Positions 18,055 to 27,952 of a stretch of DNA of 64,000 nucleotides are shown in pieces. Source of the stretch: a virus. The DNA lies in IMG/VR virus record IMGVR_UViG_3300035670_000069, positions 1 through 64,000 of that record; one strand, written 5' to 3'. The notes beneath the pieces were generated by a model. That model did no database searches. It was not told the DNA's origin and saw nothing but the letters and a program-made list of their open reading frames with translations. Each line of letters begins with the position of its first letter. Positions within the stretch are counted from its first letter, which is position 1. A program made the position numbers and the translations under genes.

Positions 18055-18663
18055 ATGAATATTGTAGAAAATTTTATTAGCGAAGAAGATGTTAAAGTAA
18101 TACAAGAATATATAAAAACTATTAAATTTAACACTAAGGAAGATCATGATCCACTACATGATAAATTATTTAGCATAGAAAATAATCATTTTGATATTCA
18201 CACAAGAGGAGAAATGCCAGATCATATCCTTGAAATTTTTTCAAAATATTCAAAAGGATTTTATAAAATTGTACAAGATTTAAATGAAGAAGAATATCAT
18301 CCTCCAATGTTTTCTAAGCACTACATACTAAGGTATAAGGAGGGCGCTAATTCTCCAGTTCATCATAATGAAGATTCAAAGCCGAAGGGCACGTATGGGT
18401 CAATCATTGTTTGGCAAAACGCAGACTCTGGAGGAGAAATAACATTCCCTTATTTAGAAAAAACAATTAAAACAAATCCAGGAGATTTAGTTTTCTTTGA
18501 AGAATTAGAATTAAATTCTCGTGGAATTTCAGACATACTTTCTGGCAACATGTTTATTTCTGAAGCCTGGATGGGTAAAAAGGGACAACTTTGGATGGAA
18601 AACAGAACCACATATGAAGAAGTTAACTGGGACGATTGGGAAATAAAAGGATTTCATGAATAA
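18055..18663 (+). CDS. 2OG-Fe(II) oxygenase-fold protein with degenerate active site
   Basis: GGEITFP...PGDLVFF scaffold, but HHNE in place of HxD and no distal His/Arg. Confidence 0.6.
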   Translation: MNIVENFISEEDVKVIQEYIKTIKFNTKEDHDPLHDKLFSIENNHFDIHTRGEMPDHILEIFSKYSKGFYKIVQDLNEEEYHPPMFSKHYILRYKEGANSPVHHNEDSKPKGTYGSIIVWQNADSGGEITFPYLEKTIKTNPGDLVFFEELELNSRGISDILSGNMFISEAWMGKKGQLWMENRTTYEEVNWDDWEIKGFHE

Positions 18664-19165
18664 TCTTGTTAAACATATTCCAAATTTTATGAATGCAACA
18701 GATGCTGTAAACGTTTATTTATATGCAAAAGATAATGATTCTTTATTTACAGAATACGGGAATAACGAAAAAGAGTTTACTTTTCATGCTAGTTTTACAG
18801 ATGAAGATATTAAAAATATTTTAAATGAATATGGGAAAAATGTTTGGAATTTTGTTTCTGAAAATTATAACGGAGAATTTGCTCAATATGACAATTCAAA
18901 AACACATATTGCCAAATTTACAGAGGGATACGGAATGCATGAGCATTTTGATTCAACAAAACCAAACGATATAGCAACGTTAATTTATATTAATGACAAC
19001 TATGATGGAGGAGACATTTATTTCCCAGAACTTGGAATTTCTATTAAACCAGGCATAGGAGATTTAGTTTGTTTTCCAGATACACCAGACTTTGTCCATG
19101 GAGTAAAGCCAATTACAAATGGCATAAGATATACGTCTCCAAGATGGATAACACGGCTGGTATGA
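18656..19165 (+). CDS. 2OG-Fe(II) oxygenase (P4H-like)
   Basis: EHFD...LIYINDNYDGGDIYFP...GDLVCFP...VHGVKPITNGIRY. Confidence 0.9.
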   Translation: MNNLVKHIPNFMNATDAVNVYLYAKDNDSLFTEYGNNEKEFTFHASFTDEDIKNILNEYGKNVWNFVSENYNGEFAQYDNSKTHIAKFTEGYGMHEHFDSTKPNDIATLIYINDNYDGGDIYFPELGISIKPGIGDLVCFPDTPDFVHGVKPITNGIRYTSPRWITRLV

Positions 19166-19180
19166 TAAAATATACCCATA

Positions 19181-22100
19181 ATGTCTAGTCCTTCTAATCT
19201 ATATGCTGAAAAAATATATGCGGAACATCCGCAGTTTTTGTGGGCACTAGATGATCAGGCTGATTATGTATCATTAATATCTGAATCAAACAGAGACATG
19301 TCTTTATGGTCAATAGATAATGGATCATCTATTGAAACAGAAGAACTTTTAGATGCACCTTTTCCAGACAGTATAATTAACAAGGTTACGCCAACAGCAG
19401 TATTATCAGAAACATTTTCTATGACTCTGGTAAGTCCAGAAATAATCAATGTAGATAATTTAAATCAAATTCTTAAAACATTTTCTATAGGATCCTATTT
19501 TTATACTGCAAGCCCATATGCCTTAAGTATTGATATTGGATATAGATATTATGATGATGCTCTAGAAACATATGTTGATGTTTTAAAGACATATGACGCA
19601 TCATTAAAGGATAGATGGTATTTTCTTTCAGAAACTTTTAGACCTCAATTTGAAAACTCTATAATAAGACTGATTATTAAAATAAATTACTTGGGTACAT
19701 CAGAAGAATTATCAGATTATATATTTTATATTAACGGAGTAACCATAGGTCAATGGGCAGAAGAATTTCAATCAAGTTCTCTAGGCGTTACGCCAATAAC
19801 CATTCCATCTAATATTGCATTAGAAAGTTCAGATGTTGTGCAAGCGTCAGCATATGGATTATCTGAAGATTTTGGATATTATCTAATAAAAGATAATTCT
19901 TTGACCGCTAAAAATTTTGGAGTTCCAATGGTTTTTGGATCTCAGAATGTAACTAAGTTATACGACAACGAAAACAAGCCAAGCGTAATAGTGCCCTCTA
20001 ATGGCATGTTGTCTAATGGCGGAAGATATCAAGAATTTACTTTAGAGTTTTGGTTAAGAACAAATAATTCTTCCTCAGTATCAAAAAGATTAGTTGGGCC
20101 AATTGGGTCTACAGACGGTATTTATCTAGACGGACCATTTTTAATATTAAAAATTAACAACGAATATTCTTCTTATTATGTAGGGCAATGGGAAAGGCCA
20201 ATGCTAATTCATTGGAGGTATTCCACAAACTTATCTACAGTGCTTTTAAATGGAGAAGAGATTATAAATTTAATTTTAGATAGTTCGGCCTTGTCCTTGC
20301 CAGAAAAATTAAATGAACTTGATAAAGATCAAGACTGGATAGGCTTTTATGCTTATACAGATATTCAGCCAGTAGAGTTAGACTGTGTGGCAATTTATCC
20401 ATACCTTGTCCCGTCCTTGGTTGCAAAAAGAAGGTTTGTATATGGTCAAGGCGTTCAGTATCCAGAGAACCTAAACTCATCTTATGGTGGAAGCACAGTA
20501 TTGTTTGATTATGCTTTTGCAGATTATACAAAAAATTATAACTATCCAGATTTAGGTTCATGGAGTCAAGCATCATTAGACAATGTTGTTGTTGAAGATA
20601 ACTACCTAAAGTCTCCAGCATTTTCTACTCCAGAAATATTTATAGATGATGTTACTAAAACACAATCTGATCTATTTACAGACTGTGCAGTAATTCAAAA
20701 TGAAGAATCATTGTTCTTAGATCTTAGGCCTTCTGGAGATTGGGATAATGTTAATTCGTATTTATATTTTAATAATTTTGCTATAGACGGACAAGTTCCT
20801 CATGCTTTTTATGGGTTATTTAAAAAATCATCAGTATATCTAGGTACAGAAGTGCTCATAAGGCTAGAGGATCAATCATCTAATTACTTTTCTATAGAAA
20901 TTGTTGGAAATGACATTCATTATATTCTTAAATATGGAGAAGAAAGTCCAATTATTATATATGAGGCCTTGTCTATTCCAGATGATGAAATTTTTGCCGT
21001 AGGTGTTGAAATAGATGTCTTCAGAGATTACTTTGGAAATGATGTAACTTCATTTTTTACAAACCCTAATCTTTCTATGTATGTTGGTGGAACAAAAGAA
21101 TTTACAAAAACATTTACTGGTAATATATATAAAATAGGCCTTTCTTCTGAAAAAAATGTAAAAGACATTTCAAATCTTTTCAATTTATTTGGAGTGCCAA
21201 AAGATTATGAAAATATATTTAATTTGTATGGCCCAACAATTGATTATGATGGCGGAGACGCAGATCAAGAGTTTTGGCAATATGTTCTTGACGGAGGATC
21301 TCATTCCGCATTTTTAACAAGCCAACTTTCAGGTCATAACCCAAGTTGTGGAATAACTCCTAAAAATTATTTTGACAGTTTTTATTTAGATGTTGATATT
21401 CGAGGATCTTGGAAAGACTACATTCCATTGTCATATTTTGGGCAGTATATAACTGACGAGTATGGAGACAGTAAGTTTGGTCTAGACTTTATACAGTTTA
21501 ATATAAATTATCCAGCACCAACAAAATTTAAAGAAACAGAATCTATCAGTGAAGATGGATGGCTTTATTCCGAACTTGCAGCAGAATATTCTTATCCAGT
21601 TCAAAGAACCTATGAAGCATTAGACAATTATCTTTATACTGGATATGTTGATTATCAAGACTTAGCAGAAAAATCTATTAAAACTTATTCTTATGATACC
21701 TCAGATGCAATTCTAAAAACATATATTACTTTTGAATATTTAGAAACTGGGGCAAATGCAACTAATGGATTTTTTGCAAACACACAATATGTTCCCAAAA
21801 ATGGCGTAATTTCTCCAGGGGACGAATGGATAAATACAAAATATGAAGTTGTAGACAATATAATTATTTATCCACCTAAGGGTGCTGACTTTAATGATCT
21901 TGCCATAGTCGTGCATTTAGAGTTTGAGGTAGATGGAATTAAATATCAGCCAGTAAAGATCAAAAATCTACAGTTAGCATCTCAAGCATTTAATTACAAC
22001 ACAGCAAACAATGTTGGTACCAGATTTGGTACTAATGTTTATCCATATGTTAACAATGGATATTATTATAATTATAAAGCAAAAAATCCTTTCACCATAT

Positions 22101-22870
22101 ACAAGGGGTCATCACCTTACTTATATCTGACAAGATACTCAGGGCTAGAAATGCGGGGAGACTATGATCCACTTATTAATCGTGGAGTAGCCATACCAGT
22201 TAATTCAAGCAAAACACAGAATTACGAAGTTATGGCAATGCAATCTTTGATTAGATTTAATGGAGACTTTTTCCCATATGCACCAACAAAGGTTATGCAA
22301 ATAAATGCAAAAAATAAAGTTATTAAATTTTATATGGTAGCAAATCATCCAACTGGCAAAAGGGCAAAAATATATGCAATAGATGGAAACACTGGTGCAT
22401 TATATGATGGTATTGTATTTTATCTAAATGGACAAATTGTTAAGGAGCCTATATTAAATATTAATGAATGGGCGATGCTAGGCATAGGCTTCCCAAGTAT
22501 TTTAAACTTTAAGTCATACGCTGGATCTATTATGATAAATGGTCCTATTATTTTTAATAGCCTATCTTATTATCAGACTACAAATCTTCAGGCAATTCAG
22601 TCTGTAACGAAAAGACCATGGGCAAGGGTAAAGTTTGCCCTAGAAGGACTGTTTGATTGGGAATACTGGAATCAATATTATTTATGGCAAGGGGTACTGG
22701 TTCAGTCGTCAGTTAGTTATTATGGAGTAAATCCGTCTGATCTTTATAAGGCCTATACAGGAACAAATAAAATAATTATTGATGATGACCGTGTTTTTAG
22801 TATTCAGGAGTACGAATACTCAGTATTTAAAGACCTGCTATGGCAATCACAAATATCAGACCCAGTATAA
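19181..22870 (+). CDS. Large minor tail/virion protein, probable ConA/LamG-like domain
   Basis: 1229 aa; YAEKIYAEHP..LWALDD start; EFTLEFWL; beta-rich composition. Confidence 0.6.
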   Translation: MSSPSNLYAEKIYAEHPQFLWALDDQADYVSLISESNRDMSLWSIDNGSSIETEELLDAPFPDSIINKVTPTAVLSETFSMTLVSPEIINVDNLNQILKTFSIGSYFYTASPYALSIDIGYRYYDDALETYVDVLKTYDASLKDRWYFLSETFRPQFENSIIRLIIKINYLGTSEELSDYIFYINGVTIGQWAEEFQSSSLGVTPITIPSNIALESSDVVQASAYGLSEDFGYYLIKDNSLTAKNFGVPMVFGSQNVTKLYDNENKPSVIVPSNGMLSNGGRYQEFTLEFWLRTNNSSSVSKRLVGPIGSTDGIYLDGPFLILKINNEYSSYYVGQWERPMLIHWRYSTNLSTVLLNGEEIINLILDSSALSLPEKLNELDKDQDWIGFYAYTDIQPVELDCVAIYPYLVPSLVAKRRFVYGQGVQYPENLNSSYGGSTVLFDYAFADYTKNYNYPDLGSWSQASLDNVVVEDNYLKSPAFSTPEIFIDDVTKTQSDLFTDCAVIQNEESLFLDLRPSGDWDNVNSYLYFNNFAIDGQVPHAFYGLFKKSSVYLGTEVLIRLEDQSSNYFSIEIVGNDIHYILKYGEESPIIIYEALSIPDDEIFAVGVEIDVFRDYFGNDVTSFFTNPNLSMYVGGTKEFTKTFTGNIYKIGLSSEKNVKDISNLFNLFGVPKDYENIFNLYGPTIDYDGGDADQEFWQYVLDGGSHSAFLTSQLSGHNPSCGITPKNYFDSFYLDVDIRGSWKDYIPLSYFGQYITDEYGDSKFGLDFIQFNINYPAPTKFKETESISEDGWLYSELAAEYSYPVQRTYEALDNYLYTGYVDYQDLAEKSIKTYSYDTSDAILKTYITFEYLETGANATNGFFANTQYVPKNGVISPGDEWINTKYEVVDNIIIYPPKGADFNDLAIVVHLEFEVDGIKYQPVKIKNLQLASQAFNYNTANNVGTRFGTNVYPYVNNGYYYNYKAKNPFTIYKGSSPYLYLTRYSGLEMRGDYDPLINRGVAIPVNSSKTQNYEVMAMQSLIRFNGDFFPYAPTKVMQINAKNKVIKFYMVANHPTGKRAKIYAIDGNTGALYDGIVFYLNGQIVKEPILNINEWAMLGIGFPSILNFKSYAGSIMINGPIIFNSLSYYQTTNLQAIQSVTKRPWARVKFALEGLFDWEYWNQYYLWQGVLVQSSVSYYGVNPSDLYKAYTGTNKIIIDDDRVFSIQEYEYSVFKDLLWQSQISDPV

Positions 22871-22888
22871 TATGGTATACTATTGGTA

Positions 22889-23257
22889 ATGAAAAAGAAA
22901 AATCCTAACCAAATTGGTAAGTCAAAGATTAAAGTCATCGATAAGATGTACGACTGGGGCATATATGTCTGGAAAAAACAAAATGGAAAGTGGTTTACAG
23001 ACGGCCAGGGCAACGTATTAAATATACCTTCCATGAAGGGCGATATATCAAAAATAGCAGAATTAAAGAAAGTGGCAGCCCATTATGGCGAGCCAGATGG
23101 AGAGGCTGTATTTTTTGCAGGGCTTAACAGAGTAAGTGATGAAGAGTATGCAGAGCAAAAACAAAGAATGGCAGAAGGACTTATTCCAAATATGAATGAT
23201 CTTGGAGCCGTACATGCAGCACAGCAAACAATTAAAAAATATGGAGTTGAAGACTAA
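22889..23257 (+). CDS. Hypothetical protein upstream of portal
   Basis: ATG 7 nt after TGGTATACT; TAATG-coupled to the portal gene. Confidence 0.65.
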   Translation: MKKKNPNQIGKSKIKVIDKMYDWGIYVWKKQNGKWFTDGQGNVLNIPSMKGDISKIAELKKVAAHYGEPDGEAVFFAGLNRVSDEEYAEQKQRMAEGLIPNMNDLGAVHAAQQTIKKYGVED

Positions 23258-24840
23258 TGTCAGATAGTCAAGAGTTTACTATAGGTGCTAGAATAGATGA
23301 TCTTTTTAATCCATTAGATCAATTTAAAAACGAAGATCCATTTAACAAACCATGGTCAGAACTAAAATCATATTCTGGAATGGACAATAATTTTAAAAGA
23401 CGCACATCTAGGTTAGTAGAAAAGGCAATGCCTAATGATCCTACTCAGGGATATCTTGATAGTGCTAGGGCAGAGCAGCACGGTATTGGTGATGCAAAGT
23501 CAAAAGAAATTAATCCAGGAACCGTATATCGTAACGGGTATGGATTATTTGATGTAATTACTCCACCATGGAATGTTTACGAACTTGCAAATTATTATGA
23601 TACATCTTTTGCTAATCATGCTGCAATTGATGCAAAGGTAGAAAACATTGTTGGCCTAGGGTATGACTTTGAAGTTTCTCCAAGTACAATGCTTCGTTTA
23701 GAATCTAATAAAGATTCTGGGCAGGTAGAAAGAGCAAGGAATAGAATTGAACGTGCAAAAATTGAAATGCACGAGTGGATAGAATCATTAAATGATGATG
23801 ATTCTTTTACAACAACAATGATGAAGGTTTATACAGATGTTCAGGCAGTTGGAAATGGATATCTTGAAATAGGAAGAACTACTCGTGGTGAGATAGGATA
23901 TATTGGACATATACCAGCAACTACAATGCGTGTTCGTAGACTACGTGATGGATATGTTCAAATTATAGGACAAAAGGTTGTTTATTTTAGAAATTTTGGA
24001 GCAAAGAATGCTAATCCAGTTACCTCTGATCCAAGACCTAATGAAATCATACACTTTAAACAGTATTCGCCTTTAAATACTTTTTATGGTGTTCCAGATA
24101 TAATGTCGGCAATAAACTCGCTCCATGGAGACCAGTTAGCGTCACAATATAATATTGACTACTTTAGCAATAAGGCTGTCCCTCGTTATGTTGTGACACT
24201 AAAGGGTGCACGACTTTCTGCAGATGCCGAAGATAAGATGTTTAGATTTTTGCAAACGGGACTCAAAGGACAATCTCATAGAACTCTATATATTCCTCTT
24301 CCAGGAGATAGCGATACAAACAAAGTTGACTTTAAGATGGAGCCAATTGAAAATGGAGTACAAGAGGGATCCTTTGAAAAGTATCGTAAGCAAAATAGAG
24401 ATGATATTTTAATAGCACATCAAGTTCCGTTGTCAAAGATAGGTGGAGGAGATTCTGGGGCTATTGCAGCAGCATTGGCCCAAGATCGCACCTTTAAAGA
24501 GCAGGTAGCACGTCCAGCCCAAAAAGAATTAGAAAAAATATTAAATAAGATTGTTAAAGAAAAAACAGATGTACTTGTTTTAAAGTTTAAAGAACTCACC
24601 CTGACCGATGAAATAGCACAATCTCAAATTTTGGAAAGATATGTTAAGACTCAAGTAATGCTTCCAAATGAGGCTAGATCAATCTTGGGTCTTCCACAAA
24701 GGGAGGGGGGAGATGAGCCTTTCCAGCCTAAGCCAGATGTAGAGAGGGCAAGGGACGGAGAACGAACGAATAATCAGTCCGATGGGGCAGCCACAATTAG
24801 TGGAAGAAATCCAAAAGGCGAGGGTAGATCTACTCCATAG
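23257..24840 (+). CDS. Portal protein (HK97-like)
   Basis: GNGYLEI.R, HIPATTMR, EIIHFK..SP...YGVP, YFSNKAVP, ILIAHQVP, PNEARSILGL. Confidence 0.93.
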   Translation: MSDSQEFTIGARIDDLFNPLDQFKNEDPFNKPWSELKSYSGMDNNFKRRTSRLVEKAMPNDPTQGYLDSARAEQHGIGDAKSKEINPGTVYRNGYGLFDVITPPWNVYELANYYDTSFANHAAIDAKVENIVGLGYDFEVSPSTMLRLESNKDSGQVERARNRIERAKIEMHEWIESLNDDDSFTTTMMKVYTDVQAVGNGYLEIGRTTRGEIGYIGHIPATTMRVRRLRDGYVQIIGQKVVYFRNFGAKNANPVTSDPRPNEIIHFKQYSPLNTFYGVPDIMSAINSLHGDQLASQYNIDYFSNKAVPRYVVTLKGARLSADAEDKMFRFLQTGLKGQSHRTLYIPLPGDSDTNKVDFKMEPIENGVQEGSFEKYRKQNRDDILIAHQVPLSKIGGGDSGAIAAALAQDRTFKEQVARPAQKELEKILNKIVKEKTDVLVLKFKELTLTDEIAQSQILERYVKTQVMLPNEARSILGLPQREGGDEPFQPKPDVERARDGERTNNQSDGAATISGRNPKGEGRSTP

Positions 24841-24883
24841 TTATCCACAAGTTTATTCACAGTTTATTAACATTTGTGTAAAA
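24841..24883. promoter_or_regulatory. Cluster of DnaA-box-like 9-mers
   Basis: TTATCCACA 24841-49, TTATTCACA 24853-61, TTATTAACA 24864-72, and inverted TTTTACACA 24875-83 (consensus TTWTNCACA). Confidence 0.65.
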
Positions 24884-24906
24884 AAGGCTCTATAATATAT
24901 ACTAGT

Positions 24907-26214
24907 ATGACTATATCTAAGGCCCATTGGGATACCGATGGCGAATCAGTAAGGCTTTCCCTTCCATTTGCGAAGGTTGATAAGGAGAGACGTATCGTCT
25001 CAGGTTTTGCGTCACTTGATAACGTTGACAAGCAGGGAGATATAGTAACAGCAGAGGCTTCAATGAAAGCCTTTTCTGCTTTCCGTGGAAATATTCGTGA
25101 AATGCACCAGCCATCTGCTGTAGGCAAAATGGTTTCTTTTAAACAAGATCGTTATTTTGATACAGAAACTAAAAAGTTTTATAATGGCGTTTTTGTTTCA
25201 GCATATGTTTCAAAGGGTGCACAAGATGCATGGGAAAAAGTTTTGGATGGCACATACACAGGATTTTCTATTGGCGGTAGAATGAATAAGTGGGATGACG
25301 GATATGATGAGAAATCAGATTCCACAATTAGAATTATTAAAGATTATGATCTTGTTGAGTTGAGTCTTGTAGATTCCCCAGCAAATCAATTTGCAAATAT
25401 TATGCAAGTAGAAAAGGTAGATGGCAATGTTGTCGTAAAAGGACAAGATGTCGAATTAGAAAATGTTTTTTATGATGCAGAATCTGGAATCGTAATGGTT
25501 TCAGATCAAGAAACAGTTGCAAGTCCAGTTACTGGAAATGAAATGAAAAATATAGGTTTCGTTGAAAAAGAAGACAACGAAAAAATGGATATAGTCAAAT
25601 TCTTAGTAGATAGTGCTAAAGGCATTAATACTTCTAAGATAACGAAGGAGGTAAATCCTATGACAGAAGAAACAGCAGTTGTTGAAGAAACAACAGAAGT
25701 TACAAAGTCAGAAGAAATCGCTCCAGAGGCAGATGCCGTAGTTGAGGCTCCTGTTGCAGAAGAAGTTGCTGAAAAGTCTGATGAGACTCCAGCAGCAGAA
25801 GAAGTTGCCAAGGCAGAAGAAACTGTTGAGGCTCCTGCAGTAGAAGTTACTACAGAAGTATCTAAGTCAGATGAAGCAATTGTTGACGCAGTTGCTGAAA
25901 TCAAGAACACAATTACATCAGCCTTTAGCGATCTAGTTGAAACTGTTAAGTCTTTGCAGGCAGAAGTAGAAATGCTTAAGTCTTCAAAGGTTGATACAGA
26001 CGCAGTAAAAAGTTCTCTTGAAGCAGTCGCCAAAGACATTGCTGCTACAACAGAACAAGTTAATAAGTTTGGAAAGCGTGTTGACGCAGTAGAAGCAGAT
26101 ACAGCATTCCGAAAGTCTGGCGATCTAGGCGAGATCGTGCAGGAGCAACCAGAAATGGTTGAAAAATCCCTATGGGGCGGACGTTTCCTCAAAACAGCCG
26201 ACTTATTTAATTAA
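24907..26214 (+). CDS. Prohead protease fused to scaffold domain
   Basis: RIVSGFAS..NVDKQGD, IREMH, GFSIGG, LVELSLVDSPAN; acidic/coiled-coil C-terminal half. Confidence 0.92.
   Translation: MTISKAHWDTDGESVRLSLPFAKVDKERRIVSGFASLDNVDKQGDIVTAEASMKAFSAFRGNIREMHQPSAVGKMVSFKQDRYFDTETKKFYNGVFVSAYVSKGAQDAWEKVLDGTYTGFSIGGRMNKWDDGYDEKSDSTIRIIKDYDLVELSLVDSPANQFANIMQVEKVDGNVVVKGQDVELENVFYDAESGIVMVSDQETVASPVTGNEMKNIGFVEKEDNEKMDIVKFLVDSAKGINTSKITKEVNPMTEETAVVEETTEVTKSEEIAPEADAVVEAPVAEEVAEKSDETPAAEEVAKAEETVEAPAVEVTTEVSKSDEAIVDAVAEIKNTITSAFSDLVETVKSLQAEVEMLKSSKVDTDAVKSSLEAVAKDIAATTEQVNKFGKRVDAVEADTAFRKSGDLGEIVQEQPEMVEKSLWGGRFLKTADLFN
25660..26214 (+). CDS. Putative nested scaffolding protein (internal in-frame start)
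   Basis: AAGGAGGT (25645-52) lies 7 nt before an in-frame ATG at the start of the E/A/V-rich region. Confidence 0.6.
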   Translation: MTEETAVVEETTEVTKSEEIAPEADAVVEAPVAEEVAEKSDETPAAEEVAKAEETVEAPAVEVTTEVSKSDEAIVDAVAEIKNTITSAFSDLVETVKSLQAEVEMLKSSKVDTDAVKSSLEAVAKDIAATTEQVNKFGKRVDAVEADTAFRKSGDLGEIVQEQPEMVEKSLWGGRFLKTADLFN

Positions 26215-26237
26215 GTAATCACTTAGGAGGTGACAAT

Positions 26238-27365
26238 ATGTCGGAAGAGATTAAGAAAAACCAGCCAGGAGAATCTGGCGAACTAGGCGGAACCGCACCT
26301 GGTCTATACCAGGGACAAGGCGCTTTCGCTTCAGGTGGTATTGGTGGTGTTACAGATCCAGGTGCAGATACACTTGGAAACATCCCTAATGCGAACTTTG
26401 GTGTTACATCTGGTCCAAATGCCGTAAATCCTTCGGGTGATGCTGCAAGCGGAATCCTACGCCCTGAACAGGCACGTCGTTTTATTGACTACGTTTGGGA
26501 TGCTACCGTTCTCGCCCAAGATGGTCGTCGTGTGACGATGAGAGCAAACACTATGGAACTTGAGAAAGTTAACGTTGGTGAGCGTGTTATCCGTGCTGCT
26601 TCACAAGCACTCGGTGACTACACAAACACTGGCGCTACCTTCTCTAAGGTAGAACTTACAACCAAGAAACTACGTCTTGATTGGGAAGTATCTGCAGAAG
26701 CACTAGAAGACAATGTCGAGGGGGCTGCATTAGAAGATCATCTCGTACGCTTGATGACAAATGCATTCGCTAACGATATTGAAGATCTTGCGATCAATGG
26801 TGACGGTACAACTGCACCATTCTTGTCCATCATGGACGGCTTCGTAAAGAAGGAAACAGCAGGCAACTCTCATGAAGCAGTCGTTACTGTTGCTGATAAT
26901 GCATGGACTCCAGAGGTAATGCAGGATATTATCCTTGCAATGCCACGTAAGTATCGTGCAATCAAGAACAACCTTAAGTTCTACGCAGGTACAGATGCCT
27001 TCGCAGGTATCGTAAAGAATAACGGAACACTTGCTGATGCAGTTGCTGAAGCATTCAGTGGCCGTGTTTCTGGTACCTCTGCAAACCGTCAAGCATACCT
27101 TGATGGTGGAGCACAGACATTCGGTGGAGCACGTACAACACGTGTTCTAGGTATCGATGTACAAGAAGTTCCTTACTATCCAGATGGATTTGTCGATTTG
27201 ACATTCCCTCAGAACCGTGTATGGGGCTTCCAGCGTGATATCGTTGTAAACCGTGAATACGTAGCGAAGAAGGACACAATTGAATACACTGTATTCGTCC
27301 GCTTCGGTATTCAATGGGAAGAAGAAGACGCTATTGCATACGCTGATGCTGCTTCAGATTCATAA
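26238..27365 (+). CDS. Major capsid protein (HK97 fold)
   Basis: GILRPEQARRFID, VELTTKKLRLDWEVS.EALEDN, FANDIEDLAINGD; follows the protease; strong RBS. Confidence 0.93.
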   Translation: MSEEIKKNQPGESGELGGTAPGLYQGQGAFASGGIGGVTDPGADTLGNIPNANFGVTSGPNAVNPSGDAASGILRPEQARRFIDYVWDATVLAQDGRRVTMRANTMELEKVNVGERVIRAASQALGDYTNTGATFSKVELTTKKLRLDWEVSAEALEDNVEGAALEDHLVRLMTNAFANDIEDLAINGDGTTAPFLSIMDGFVKKETAGNSHEAVVTVADNAWTPEVMQDIILAMPRKYRAIKNNLKFYAGTDAFAGIVKNNGTLADAVAEAFSGRVSGTSANRQAYLDGGAQTFGGARTTRVLGIDVQEVPYYPDGFVDLTFPQNRVWGFQRDIVVNREYVAKKDTIEYTVFVRFGIQWEEEDAIAYADAASDS

Positions 27366-27382
27366 TCTGAATTAGTACCTTT

Positions 27383-27423
27383 GAGAGGGGGAAGGGGTTA
27401 ATCTCCTCCCCCTCTTATCTTTA
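27383..27423 (+). terminator. Probable terminator after the capsid gene
   Basis: GAGAGGGGGAAGGGG-ttaa-TCTCCTCCCCCTCTT hairpin. Confidence 0.7.
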
Positions 27424-27460
27424 GTATTCTGTTATAATAGTTCACATAGGAGGTTAAATA

Positions 27461-27952
27461 ATGGAAGAAAATACTTTTAATAATGAAATGCCAGCAGAAG
27501 ATTTTATTGCTCCAGAAGTTACTGTAGAAGCACCATGGGCTGAAGAGCCAGTTGTTGAGGCTCCTATGCCTGAAACTAAGGTGGAAGAAGTTGCTGCAGA
27601 AAATAATATTGAGGCTGTAATATCTGAGGCTGCAGAGCCAGTCGATGCAATTACTACATCTGATTTTAGCAAGTCTTCGTCTGACACAGTTCAGGCTGTA
27701 GGCTCTATTGTAAATGGAGTAATTGGTGTTGCAGAAACTCCAAGAGTGGCCAAGAAAACTGTTGCTCCTTCAAAGAAAAAGAAGGAAAATACAGTTGCCG
27801 TATATTCAACTAAAAATGTAAGTTGGAATGGAGTTGGTAAGGTTAGCAGAGGATATAATATTGTTACTGCAGAACAAGCAGAGCAATGGAAGACTCGTGA
27901 TCACATACGAATCGCTACACCAGAAGAGGTAGCCAGGGAGTTTGGTCGCTAA
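27461..27952 (+). CDS. Hypothetical acidic protein (head module)
   Basis: AGGAGG RBS, own TGTTATAAT promoter; E/A/P-rich N-half. Confidence 0.65.
   Translation: MEENTFNNEMPAEDFIAPEVTVEAPWAEEPVVEAPMPETKVEEVAAENNIEAVISEAAEPVDAITTSDFSKSSSDTVQAVGSIVNGVIGVAETPRVAKKTVAPSKKKKENTVAVYSTKNVSWNGVGKVSRGYNIVTAEQAEQWKTRDHIRIATPEEVAREFGR

Noticed and set aside
25506-26192. 228-aa antisense ORF (and similar Ser/Thr-rich antisense ORFs across the window)
   Set aside because: Mirror of biased codon usage in well-supported + strand genes.
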